Assembly: GCF_001194135.2 (NCBI RefSeq)
Contig: NC_068989.1
Location: 42,875,255-42,908,231 of the forward strand
DNA from: Octopus bimaculoides
Taxonomy: Eukaryota
Direction: 5' to 3'
Length of the DNA stretch: 32,977 nucleotides
Numbering within the stretch: position 1 is the stretch's first letter; each line of letters opens with the position of its first letter. The notes below the pieces were generated by a model that saw only the letters and a program-made list of their open reading frames with translations, was not told where the DNA came from and did not search any database. The translations under genes and the position numbers were made by a program. Below are positions 21,682-32,977 of this stretch, piece by piece.

Positions 21682-22655
21682 CAGAGTGCCACAAAAATAT
21701 GTATACATACATTGAATGATTATAAAGTCAGTGTTTATTAAAATACACTTTATTTTCGAAATTTAAGAGAATCTACACACTGAGTTTAATTTTGTTATGA
21801 ACTGCTTTTTTCAAATCGATGAATGTTCTGCCCCGGCCACCACAGATAACTCGAAGCAATGGGATCGAAAATATCACGTACCATTTTTTAAAGTATTTGT
21901 GGGCATTCTCGTTCAATGGCTGTCCTCAATTCGTCGACTTTTGCCGTTTTATACGATAAATTTTATATTTTACGTATCTTTATTCAAATGTCTTGTAATG
22001 TGTGGTTCAATAAACATGTAATATATTCTTTTCTATTCTAGGCACAACGCCCGAAATTTTAGGGGAGGGAGCCAGTCGATTAGATCGACCTCAGTACGCA
22101 ACTGGAACTTAATTTATCGACCCCTAAAGGATGAAAGGCGAAGTCGACCTTGGTGGAACTTGAACTCAGAACGTAAAGACAGACAGACAGAATACCGCTA
22201 AGCATTTCGCTCGGCTTGCTAACGTTTCTGCCAGCTCACCGCCTTAAACATGGAATGTATTCTATTGAACCTATTCGTTCAATCCACTTGTTTAACAAAA
22301 TCTCATCAAGTTCTTTCAAGTCATTGGTATGACAGTTGCCGTAATTAGTGCAGGTAAACAGAGCCGGTCACAGTACTGTCAAAAAGAACTGACAATTTAT
22401 TCATTTTGATGATAAACTGCACCGTACTCTAACTACGAGTAAATGTTCCTCCATAATATGCGGCTTCTCAGGTCCTCCGTAGATGCAAGGTTAACGATTA
22501 ATTCATCCATTTAATTTAAATGTAATCTCATTACATCAAACAATCTTTGTTGGGAAGTGTTCAGCTTCATCACATCGTGTCAGTACTAGTCGCAGAGATC
22601 CATTCTTCGGTCCAGATCCTCTTCATTGAAAGCATGCAATAGCCTTGAAATTAAT
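21682..22655 (-). mobile_element. Tc1/mariner-superfamily remnant split by a SINE
   Basis: TA|CAGAGTGCCACAAAAATATGTATACA terminus; LLHAFNEEDLDRRMDLC, LDEILLNKWIERIGSIEY, DELRTAIEREC..MVRD; the frame continues across the SINE TSD. Confidence 0.8.
22031..22243 (-). mobile_element. SINE family A, full length, inserted in a Tc1-like element with a 19-bp target-site duplication
   Basis: Head, B-box and core intact; flanks TAAACATGTAATATATTCT (22011-22029) and TAAACATGGAATGTATTCT (22245-22263). Confidence 0.9.
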
Positions 22656-22664
22656 TAACTTGTG

Positions 22665-23055
22665 AGTATGGCTGTATGATGGCAAGAAGCTCGCTTCCCA
22701 ACGACACGGTTCCGGGTTCAGCCGCACTGTGTATCACCTTGGGGAAGTGTTTTCTACTATAGCCTTGCGTCTACCAAAGCCTTGTGAGTGGATTTGGTAG
22801 ACGGAAACTGAAGAAAGCCCGTCGTGCGTGTGTGTTTGTGTCTGTGTTTGTACCTCACCACCGCTTGACAACCGGTGTTGGTTGTTTATGTCTTCGTAAA
22901 TTAGCGTTTCGACAAGAGCAACCGATAGGATGAGTATCAGGCTTAAAAAAATAAGAAGTATTGGGGTAGATTCATTCGACTAAAAATTCCTCAAGGCGGT
23001 GCCCCAGCATGGCCCCAGTCTGATGACTGAAACAAGTAATAGAATAAAAGAATAA
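22665..23055 (+). mobile_element. SINE family B, full length
   Basis: TGGCTGTATGATGGCAAGAAGC...GGGTTCAGCCGC...GCCTTGTGAGTGGATTTGGTAGACGGAAACTG...GACTGAAACAAGTAA. Confidence 0.9.
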
Positions 23056-23293
23056 CAGCATTTCAAAATACAATGGACCCTGGATATTGACTTTACTGTC
23101 TCATAATACAGTAACGTATAGATTTTTCCGAACTCTGGCAATACGTTTCTAGTACATGGGTCTGTTCCAAAACATCTAGTATCACTTTAGGGCAAATTTC
23201 CTTTCTTCAAAGATTAGTTTGTTTCCCTTCATTATTTCTAATTGACTAAATGTAAAATGAGTTAAAAATTGAGTGGATTATCAGCTGTATATA

Positions 23294-24553
23294 CAGGCGT
23301 TGGACAAAATAATGGAAACACCTTAAAATTTCAAACAAATTTATTTTAATATGGGGTAAGACCGCCTTTGGCAGTAATTACAGCTTGAATTCTACGAGGC
23401 ATGGACTCGTACAAAGATTCTATCGTTTCCAAAGGAACTGTTTTCCATTCTTCAACTAAAACAGTTTCCAGTTCTTGTTGTGATGATGGTGGAGGATATC
23501 GACTCCTTACTTGTTTTTTCTAAAATGCACCATAAATGTTCAATAGTATTGAGATCTGGTGACTGTGGTAGCCAGATAAGATGTTCAATTTGACTAGAAT
23601 GTTCCTCGAGCCATTCAGTAACAACTTTAGCTGTGTGAATTGGTGCATTATCATCCTGAAAGATTGTGTTTCCCTCCGGAAACAGTTCCGCAACCATAGG
23701 ATGAATTTGAATCAGATAAAATGCTTAAATAGTCTTGACTATTAATTCTGCCATGAAGGGAAACCATTGGGCTGGCGGATTTCCAAGATATAGCCCCCAG
23801 ATCATCACAGTTCCTCTTCCATATTTAACAGCTGGAAGAAGGCAGCCTGGATCAAATGCTTGTTTTGCCTGTCTCCACAAGTATACTTGGTCGGTGCTCA
23901 GAAATAAGGTAAAGGATGACTCGTCTGAGAAAATAACATTCTTCCACTGCTCTAGGAACCAATTCTGTAGTTTTCACACTACTCTAACCACTTTGCGACG
24001 TTTGTTTTTGAAAGTAATGATTTTCTGATTGCAGCTCTCCCATAAAATCCGGCTTTGTGCAACTCCTGGTGAAGAGTTTTTATGGAAACTGGGTTCTCGA
24101 GGTGGTCATTAAGCTCTGCAGTAATTTTGGCAGCTGTACTTTTGTGATCCTTTCTAACAATTCGCGTAATAATACAATGGTCCCTATCTGAAAGGTTTGG
24201 ATTTTCTTCCAGAGTTTAGTTTCGACGAGGAGGGTTTTTTTCTTTCTCAAAGGCTGTCATTACATTCGAGACAGTTCTTCTTGATACACCAAACATTTCG
24301 GCTGTTACACTGACGCCTGCCCTACGATCACCAACAATTTGACCTCTTTGTAAGTCCGATAGATCTGTCATTCTAATGAATTTTAATTACCTTTTTCTGA
24401 TGATATATGAAAAGCAACTGCAATTTTAGCAAAGCATATTAAGCAACATTAAATCAAAAACATAAAAATAAACAGACTTTTGACGGTTCTATAGATATTT
24501 CAAAATTATGACGCTATGATGCCAGGTGTTTCCATTATTTTCTCCAACCTCTA
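23294..24553 (-). mobile_element. Tc1-family transposon, near full length, DD36E spacing
   Basis: 30-bp TIRs CAGGCGTTGGACAAAATAATGGAAACACCT and AGGTGTTTCCATTATTTTCTCCAACCTCTA; VIFSDES, FQDDNAPIH...WLPQSPDLNTIE with 36 residues between D and E; frameshifts and stops present. Confidence 0.93.
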
Positions 24554-24559
24554 TGTATA

Positions 24560-24583
24560 TATGTGTTGTGTGTGTGTAAGGGA

Positions 24584-24657
<74 letters not shown>

Positions 24658-24676
24658 AAGTTTATATGTATGTATG

Positions 24677-24707
<31 letters not shown>

Positions 24708-24910
24708 ATATGTATATGTATATACAGATTGAAACACAGACACTTAGAGATACATTTCATAAACAGACGCGCACACACACGCATATTTATATATATATAT
24801 ATAAATAATATAAATATATATACATATACATATACGTGCATATATACATACATATACATATACGTGCATATATACATACATATATGTACATATATACTTA
24901 TATATATAAA
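24560..24910 (+). repeat. Compound GT/GA/TA microsatellite tract
   Basis: Read directly from the sequence. Confidence 0.95.
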
Positions 24911-24912
24911 TA

Positions 24913-25279
24913 CAATGTACATTTAAGCACATAAGAGGTATCCATCATAGCATTCCTGGCACGCTAGAAGGAATAGCCAAAATCCAAACCACTATTCGAA
25001 GGGAATGAAAAATAAAAACATTTACCATCTATCTGCCGGACCATGGTTTCTGACTTTATATTATATCTAGGCGTACCTGTTGATGAAGACTTCGCTTAGC
25101 AAATTATTTTATTTGCTAATATAAAGTCAAAAGTCATGGTCCAGGAGATAAATGGTAAATGTCGTTATTTTTCATTCCCTTCGAAATTTATCCCTAATAG
25201 TGGTTTAGATTTTGGCTATTCCTTCTAGCGTGTCAGGTATCCTATGGTGGATACATCTTATGTGTTTAAATGTACACTG
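24913..25279. mobile_element. Foldback MITE with Tc1-like termini (TA|CA(A/G)TG...CACTG|TA)
   Basis: The two halves are reverse complements along their length (e.g. CACGCTAGAAGGAATAGCCAAAATC and GATTTTGGCTATTCCTTCTAGCGTG); 6-nt central loop at 25105-25110. Confidence 0.9.
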
Positions 25280-26627
25280 TATTTATATGGATTATATACA
25301 CTCTATTCACTAATTTTTCTACACGCTAGGCCACTGGTACGAAAAATTTCTAAAATGTTTCTTACCCTGATATTATTAATTATTCATAATACATACTTAT
25401 ATATGTATATAGATATGCATATATGGGTACAGAACGTCACAAAAAGTAAACAACATGAAATACGAAAATATATTTGGGTATGCAAACAACGAGAGAAACA
25501 AATGGAAAACAAGACAAGTAACATAAATTACGACCCTTCATCAGTTGTCGGCTGTCCTTCTACTCCTTATTTCGAGCATTGAACGACAATATAAGATTTG
25601 AAGGCAGTTGCTTCCGCGAACCAAAATAGAATTTGGGATTTACGGCGGGTCAAAGTTGGTAACAAAAATGGGACAGTGGAGACATACAAGGAAAACGAAC
25701 GAAATAAAACATGGAGGGTCGATAGACCAGAGAAGGTAAAGTAGTGAACGCTGGAGAAATATTGTCTTTCACAAGAGAAAAGATAGAAGAAGAGAGAGAT
25801 AAGAATACGCGCAGTCTGTACGACAGCACTGAAGGAGAAGAAAGATGATTACGTGAGGAAAAGAAAGACGCATGATGGTCACGTGTGAGCAACGAGAGAG
25901 AGAGAGAGAGAGTAAAGGAAGAAGAGGGAAAGAGAGACAGATAGAAAACGGTGAAGGGGAGAAAAAAGAATTAGAGAAGGGATGAGAGGGAAAACGAAAT
26001 GAAAAGAGAGAGAGAGGATGAGAGAGACAGAGAGAACAGTAAAGGGTAGAGTCGCATAAATATATTAAGATAAACTTACTTGGAAATGGATGCGTGACGT
26101 TTAATCAAATAATAATATAAATAATATATATATATATATATANNNNNNNNNNNNNNNNNNNNNNNNNNNNNNNNNNNNNNNNNNNNNNNNNNNNNNNNNN
26201 NNNNNNNNNNNNNNNNNNNNNNNNNNNNNNNNNNNNNNNNNNNNNNNNNNNNNNNNNNNNNNNNNNNNNNNNNNNNNNNNNNNNNNNNNNNNNNNNNNNN
26301 NNNNNNNNNNNNNNNNNNNNNNNNNNNNNNNNNNNNNNNNNNNNNNNNNNNNNNNNNNNNNNNNNNNNNNNNNNNNNNNNNNNNNNNNNNNNNNNNNNNN
26401 NNNNNNNNNNNNNNNNNNNNNNNNNNNNNNNNNNNNNNNNNNNNNNNNNNNNNNNNNNNNNNNNNNNNNNNNNNNNNNNNNNNNNNNNNNNNNNNNNNNN
26501 NNNNNNNNNNNNNNNNNNNNNNNNNNNNNNNNNNNNNNNNNNNNNNNNNNNNNNNNNNNNNNNNNNNNNNNNNNNNNNNNNNNNNNNNNNNNNNNNNNNN
26601 NNNNNNNNNNNNNNNNNNNNNNNNNNN

Positions 26628-26669
<42 letters not shown>

Positions 26670-27568
26670 ATATATACATGATGGTTACTGCTTATCTGAA
26701 GATAGCTGCGTGTGATATGCCGCGTTGAAAACATTTTAACTCCGATAGTGAAAGTGATGGGATTATATTTCCTCTGTTTTGCTCGCGGCAGGAAACGAAC
26801 CGATATTCTATCTATTTGATCCTCATACCTACACTCACACACACACATATATAAACGTACGCACATATAGTCACGAATCTAAACAAACCATTGAAAACAA
26901 ACTACTCTACATATAACATAAGTACATACACGCATAACTCACAAACCAACGCACGTAGAGCGAACGGTAAGATAGATATGGTGAGAAAAAGAGCAAGACA
27001 GAGAAAAAAGAGAAGCAGAAGGAAAGAGAAGGACAAAGAGAAAGAGAGAGTGGGAGAGAGTAAGAGTAAAAGTGAAAGAGAGAAAGAGAGAGAGCTATAG
27101 ATTACACTTGAGAAGTGAGATACATCCATCTTAGGAAATAATAGACGAACCGGTTAAACATTAAATGTCTCCGACTGATTTGAGAGACGTGACAGCGAAT
27201 GATGTTTACTTCATAATCAACTATTGTAGCATGTTTTGTGAGATGAAATGGCACTCCAGCACAGTCAGGATTACCATCTCATTATCAGCATGTCTCAGTC
27301 TCTGTATACATACGAATATGCGTTTGTGTTGCGCGCGCGCACTTTGTGTGTTGCGCGCGCGCGTGTCCAAATATATGTTTATACGTACCAGATGCACTAT
27401 AAGCGTTGGTGCATTTAACAATATGGTAATACTTAAATGCTGAGTGGCCTAATATATAAGTATAGCTGCATATGTATTCATGCATAATGCACACGCATAC
27501 CAACTCCTATGCACCTACGGCCCATATGTATGTGTCTATGTAATCTAAATATATATATATATATACAT

Positions 27569-27606
<38 letters not shown>

Positions 27607-27650
27607 CGTCACGGGACATATATATATATATATATATGTGNNNNNNNNNN

Positions 27651-27717
<67 letters not shown>

Positions 27718-28056
27718 TATATATATAATTATATATATACAAGCGTATAAATATTATCAACAATAATAATATTACTATACAGCAAGAAAAAGGCACCACA
27801 AAAAGTAGAATGATAAATACAAAGCGAATGTACACGAAGTACCATCATTGCTAGAAATAGCAGCCGGTAAGCTATCGATGTTATATAGAGTTTCACTGAA
27901 TGTTCACAGGCAGGGATGTTTGGGTGCGGTGAGTATAGGAAAATTTTGTCTTATTGCTACGAAGACAGTTACAGGAATGAAGGATAATTCAATACCGGCT
28001 GTTGTTTCTAGAAATGATCGTACTTCGTGTACATTCGCTTTGTATTTATAGATATA

Positions 28057-28359
28057 TACTAGCAGAAAGACCTACCTTCAGGCGGTTTTCTGATAGCCCC
28101 TTGATAATATTTTCACATTTGTTTCCCAATTCTAATAATTTTTATATTTTTACGTCTAATTATTTCCTTGTATAATACTGCTCACTTGCTTAGTAAATAT
28201 TGCTTTCATTATTTTATCAGTCATAAGCACTATCTATTAAACAAACATCACGGTAGTTCAACAACAGTGGGAGAAGCAATTTGTCAAGTTTTACCTTCCC
28301 CTCAAAGCAACATAGCGATTACAATTCAGCAGACCATCTGTAAGCTTTGCAGTGTGTGT

Positions 28360-28401
<42 letters not shown>

Positions 28402-30559
28402 GGGAGAGAGAACATTGCAAACAATGAATGAAATAAATATGAAATGAAAAAATCGTTTAAATAAAAGGTGTACACGCCCCAAATTTGTTGCCTCATAACA
28501 TCCAGAAAATGGATACTTTTTAGCAAAATGTTCTACAAATACCGCTTGTGGATTCAGAATATATAGGGATTTATGGGAAAAAATCTTTCCGAGGAGATGG
28601 AGAGAAAAGTTTTAGAAAATTCACACGACCTGACTTTTNNNNNNNNNNNNNNNNNNNNNNNNNNNNNNNNNNNNNNNNNNNNNNNNNNNNNNNNNNNNNN
28701 NNNNNNNNNNNNNNNNNNNNNNNNNNNNNNNNNNNNNNNNNNNNNNNNNNNNNNNNNNNNNNNNNNNNNNNNNNNNNNNNNNNNNNNNNNNNNNNNNNNN
28801 NNNNNNNNNNNNNNNNNNNNNNNNNNNNNNNNNNNNNNNNNNNNNNNNNNNNNNNNNNNNNNNNNNNNNNNNNNNNNNNNNNNNNNNNNNNNNNNNNNNN
28901 NNNNNNNNNNNNNNNNNNNNNNNNNNNNNNNNNNNNNNNNNNNNNNNNNNNNNNNNNNNNNNNNNNNNNNNNNNNNNNNNNNNNNNNNNNNNNNNNNNNN
29001 NNNNNNNNNNNNNNNNNNNNNNNNCTTCAAAATATCATGGGAACAGCATTTTCGGTAAATAATATAAAGAAAAGAGTGTTAATATTTTCAGAGGGAAAAG
29101 TGGGTGATTTAAAGGTGATCTGGATGTTGTTTCTTTATCACTCTCGCATGTATTGGTGTTTTTCAATACTTTCCCCCATAAATACATTTATATGCTATAA
29201 AAACGAAAATTTAAGAAATGAATTTTTTGCAACACCACTCCCTGTCCCCGACGATTTCTGTTTAGATGTAACAATATTGGAGAGCCTGAGAAGGTCATTG
29301 CTGGCATTTATCCACAGTGATTTTTAAAAATTACGTAGATGTACTTGCATAGCAAGTGACTTGATCTGAGATCATATGCTGAAACAAAAGCAATTACAGC
29401 ATGAGCTAGTTTCACTTCAACATTTAAATTTCATTTGTTTCAAAATATTTTCGTTGCTTTGAAACCACGATCTGTTGACTGATAAAACTTCACAAAAGTG
29501 ATGCGGCACGATTTATCGTCAGTGAACAAGTCGTGGTTTCAAAGCGACGAAAGTACTTTGACAGAAATGAAATTTAAATGTTGATGTGAAACTGTTTTTG
29601 TGTGTTCTTGAATGACTTACAAACATCTTTCACGCAGTAATTGTTGTTGATTTTAAAAAAGAGTTATGTAAAGGATAATTCATTTTAATAGCATACACTT
29701 CGGTTAGAAAATGTTTTTTTCTTACACACACACACACAGAGTTTGATTCAGGTAGGAGTAAAAATTTAGATTACAATTTATTTTGTTGTTTTTCTTCGAC
29801 CAATGGACCACGCGTGTTACTTCGGCATCATAATTCCATAAAATGTGTTTAATGGAGGAAAAATATTGAAAAAGATCAATACATGTGAGAGTGAAAAAAA
29901 GAGTGGGTGGTTTGGGTTGTATTAGAAACAACACCGAAATCTCCCTTGAATTGTTCACCTTTTCCTCTGGAAATATTTACAATTTGCTTTATCCTTATTT
30001 TTTGTTTTTTTACCGAAAAGGCTCCTCCATTGATTTTTAAGTTAATAATCAAAATGGCAAAAATCAGTCCGGATAGTAATTATTGCTAGGCTTTATTGCG
30101 TTCAGAACAGCCATAACAACAAAATCATTAAAAAAATTTTTAACAAAGATCATACGAGTATTTAAAAAAATTTTCATTCAATAAATAATGTTTTTACGCT
30201 ACGTATACATTAATAGAATAAACTGTCGATTTCCAAATAGGGAATTAAAACTTGAAATGAAAACAGTAAAAGAGAAAGTGAGAGACTTTGCAAATGACAA
30301 CAGAATACGCCGCAATGAATGCAATAAATATTTAAAATTGTGACAAATTAGACGCAGTCAATGCAATGGGTATTTAAATTTGCGAGAAAATGGAGTAAAA
30401 AATTCAATAAACTTAAGAAATCGAAATTATAAGAAATTTCTTAGAACGTGAATTAATAAAATATTTCCAGACGACCAACCCTTTAATGAATAACTTTCTT
30501 TTAGCACTTTTAATAATTGCTAAATACCCAATGAATAAGCAACATTTTCCATTATAGTA
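28057..30559 (+). mobile_element. Tandem unit 1 of a putative non-autonomous Helitron/Helentron-like composite element
   Basis: Starts (T)ACTAGCAGAAAGACC plus a short hairpin; internal (GA)n; colinear with 30560-32370. The duplication is certain; the family assignment is inferred. Confidence 0.6.
29407..29594. repeat. Foldback palindrome inside tandem unit 1 (counterpart at about 31445-31632)
   Basis: GTTTCACTTCAACATTTAAATTTCATTT...TTTGAAACCACGA and TCGTGGTTTCAAAG...AAATGAAATTTAAATGTTGATGTGAAAC. Confidence 0.9.
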
Positions 30560-30773
30560 TTCTAGCAGAAAGACCGCCCTCCGGATGGTTTTCTGCTCGT
30601 TGCTGTCATTAATTTATCACAGTCATAATCTCTCTTTTAAACAAACATCACGTAGTTCAATAATAGAGGTAGAAGCAATTTGTCAAATTTTACCTTCTCC
30701 GCAAAGCAACATAGAGATTACAATTCAGCAGCCCACTTGTAAGCTTTGCAGTGTGTGTGAGAGAGCGCGAGAA

Positions 30774-30861
<88 letters not shown>

Positions 30862-32370
30862 GCGGGGAGAGAACATTGCAAACAGTGAATGAAATAAACA
30901 TGAAATGAAAAAATCGTTTAAATAAAAGGGCATTACTACAAATGTATACACACCCGGCTTTGTTGCCTCATACCATCCAGAAAAATGGATACTATTTAAC
31001 AAAATTTTCTACAAATAACGCTTAGATTAGTTTCAGAGTATACAGGGATTTATGGGAAAGAATCTTTCCGACGGGGTGGAGNNNNNNNNNNNNNNNNNNN
31101 NNNNNNNNNNNNNNNNNNNNNNNNNNNNNNNNNNNNNNNNNNNNNNNNNNNNNNNNNNNNNNNNNNNNNNNNNNNCTTTATCACTCACGCATGTATTGAT
31201 ATTTTTCTATATTTTTCCGCATAAATACTTTTATATTCTATAAAAAAAAGAACATTTGAGAGATTATGAATTTTTTGCAACCCTTCTCCCTACCCCCGAT
31301 TGTTTCTGTTTAGAAATTAAATACTAGAGAGTCTGAGAAGATCATTGCTGAAATTTATCCACAGTGATTTTAAAAAATTACGGAGATGTACTTGCATAGC
31401 AAGTACTTGATCTGAGATCGTGTGCTGAAACAAAAACAATTGCAGCGTGGAAGATGTTTGTAAGCCATTCAAGAACACACAAAAACAGATAGTTTCACTT
31501 CAACAATTAAATTTCATTTGTGTCAAAATATTTTCGCCGCTTTGAAACCGGGACCTGTTCACTGACAAAACTTCATGATTGTGATGCAGTACGAATTATT
31601 GTCAGTGAACAGGTCGTGGTTTCAAAGCGACGGTGAGGGTAAAAATTTAGATCGCAATTTATTTTGCTGTTTTTCTTCGACCAATGGACCACGCATGTGT
31701 TACTTCGGCATCATCATTCTCTAAAATGTGTTTAATGGGAGAAAAATATAGAAAAACATCAATACATGTGAGGGTGAAAAGGGAGGGTGGTTTGGGTTAA
31801 GCTAGAAACAACAGCGAAACGTCCCTTGAATTGTTCACCATTTCTTCTGAAAATATTTACAATTTTTTTTTTTTTTTTTTTACCAAAAGGGTTCCTCCCA
31901 TGGTTTTTAGTTATAAATGGAAATGTCCAAAATCAGTCCGGATAGTTATTATTGTAATGCTTATAGCTTTCCAAACAGCCATAACAACAAAATCACTTTA
32001 AAATTGTTTTACAAAAATTATACGGGTATTTTAATAAATTTTCATTCAATAAATAATGCTTTTACATTACGTTTACATTAAAAGAATGAACTGTCGGTTT
32101 TCCAAATAGTGAATTAAAACTTAAAATGAACATTAAAAGAGAAAGTGGGACATTGCAAATAAAAATTGAATACTCTGCAGTGAATGCAATGCATATGTAA
32201 ATTTGTGAAGAATTGACGCAATGCATATTTAGATATGCGAGAAGTTGGAGTTAAAAGCATTCAACTGAAGTAATCGAAATTATAAGATATTTCTGAGAAC
32301 ATGAATTGCTTTCTTTTAGTAGTTTTAGTAATTGTCACATACCTAATTGATAAGCAGTTTTCTTCAATAT
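30560..32370 (+). mobile_element. Tandem unit 2, head-to-tail with unit 1
   Basis: TCTAGCAGAAAGACCGCCCTCCGGATGGT start and the same block order to about 32370. Confidence 0.6.
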
Positions 32371-32396
32371 ATATATATATATATATACATACATAC

Positions 32397-32551
32397 GCAG
32401 TCGTACCTGTGTGGTAAGAATCTTGCTCCCCAACCACATGATACCGGGTTAAGTCCCATTGTGCCAAGTGTTTTCTACTATAGCCTCGGGCCGATTAAAG
32501 CCTTTTGAGTGGATTTGGTAGACTGAAACTAAAAGAAGCACGTCGTATATA
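32397..32551 (+). mobile_element. SINE family B 5' part, interrupted at its TA stretch by a DD37D-type transposon
   Basis: TGTGTGGTAAGAATCTTGC...GAGTGGATTTGGTAGACTGAAAC...CGTCGTATATA then CATGGTG. Confidence 0.85.
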
Positions 32552-32977
32552 CATGGTGAAGTGAATATTTTGTCGTCCAAATTACATAAAACGAAAATAA
32601 GACTCATTTTAACGGATATATTTACCAAAATTACATAAAAATATCTCGAAATACTAAAAAGTAAATTTATTCAATAAAATCGCCATTGGTTTCAACTACG
32701 GAATTCAGAAGACTTCGGAATATCCTGCAACTTTTCCGGACGGTCTCGTTGTTTAAGTTGGTGAATGCTGCCATAATCCTTGCCTTCAGTACATCTTTGG
32801 TGTTACAAGGAGTTTCCTTAGTCTCTCACTCAGCTGTGCCCACCCCCCACACACATAATAATCAAGGGGTTTGCAGTCTGGGAAGTTAAGTGGTCAGATG
32901 TTAGGAGTGATGTAATCGCAGAAATTGTCTGACAGCCATGACTGGGTTCTCCTACTTGATTGGCATAGTGCAGATAC
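32552..32977 (-). mobile_element. Second DD37D/maT-type transposon, 3' part (continues past the window end)
   Basis: TA|CATGGTG terminus; TQSWLSDNFCDYITPNI*PLNFPDCKPLDYYV...NTKDVLKARIMAAFTNL...VVETNGDFIE*. Confidence 0.85.

Noticed and set aside
5663-24553. Excess of minus-strand insertions as evidence of a plus-strand host gene
   Set aside because: About 10 minus versus 5 plus SINE loci is too few, and family B shows no bias.
25520-25560. CTGATGA on the minus strand as another hammerhead
   Set aside because: No pairable stem II followed by GAAA could be found nearby.
26101-26866. Long ORFs spanning N runs (also 5772-6335, 21441-21712, 28548-29327)
   Set aside because: Open only because N codons contain no stops.
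27320-27365. (CG)n tracts as a CpG island or Z-DNA element (also near 8513 and 13888)
   Set aside because: Very short and embedded in CA/GT microsatellite context.

Overview
Non-coding, repeat-saturated eukaryotic DNA with six N-gaps and no recognisable host CDS, rRNA, tRNA or CRISPR. Nearly all listed ORFs are microsatellite or gap artefacts, or decayed transposon frames. The SINE families and dense CA/TA/GATA microsatellites suggest a coleoid cephalopod, probably Octopus (inference). Recognisable content: a rearranged Penelope-like retroelement (PLE) with GIY-YIG endonuclease, RT-thumb fragment, inverted pseudo-LTR arms and a hammerhead-like core; a second PLE fragment; R4/Dong, RTE and L1/Tx1 LINE remnants; five Tc1/mariner elements (two DD37D-type, a mariner, a DD36E Tc1 and one other); two tRNA-derived SINE families (about 15 loci); foldback MITEs; and a head-to-tail pair of Helitron/Helentron-like units. 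Most notable: (i) a 156-bp local sequence sits exactly at the predicted hammerhead cleavage site of the PLE arm; (ii) a recurrent self-complementary SINE tail-to-internal junction; (iii) tandem Helitron-like units carrying one foldback with complementary deletions. All family assignments come from motif recognition by eye, without database searches.
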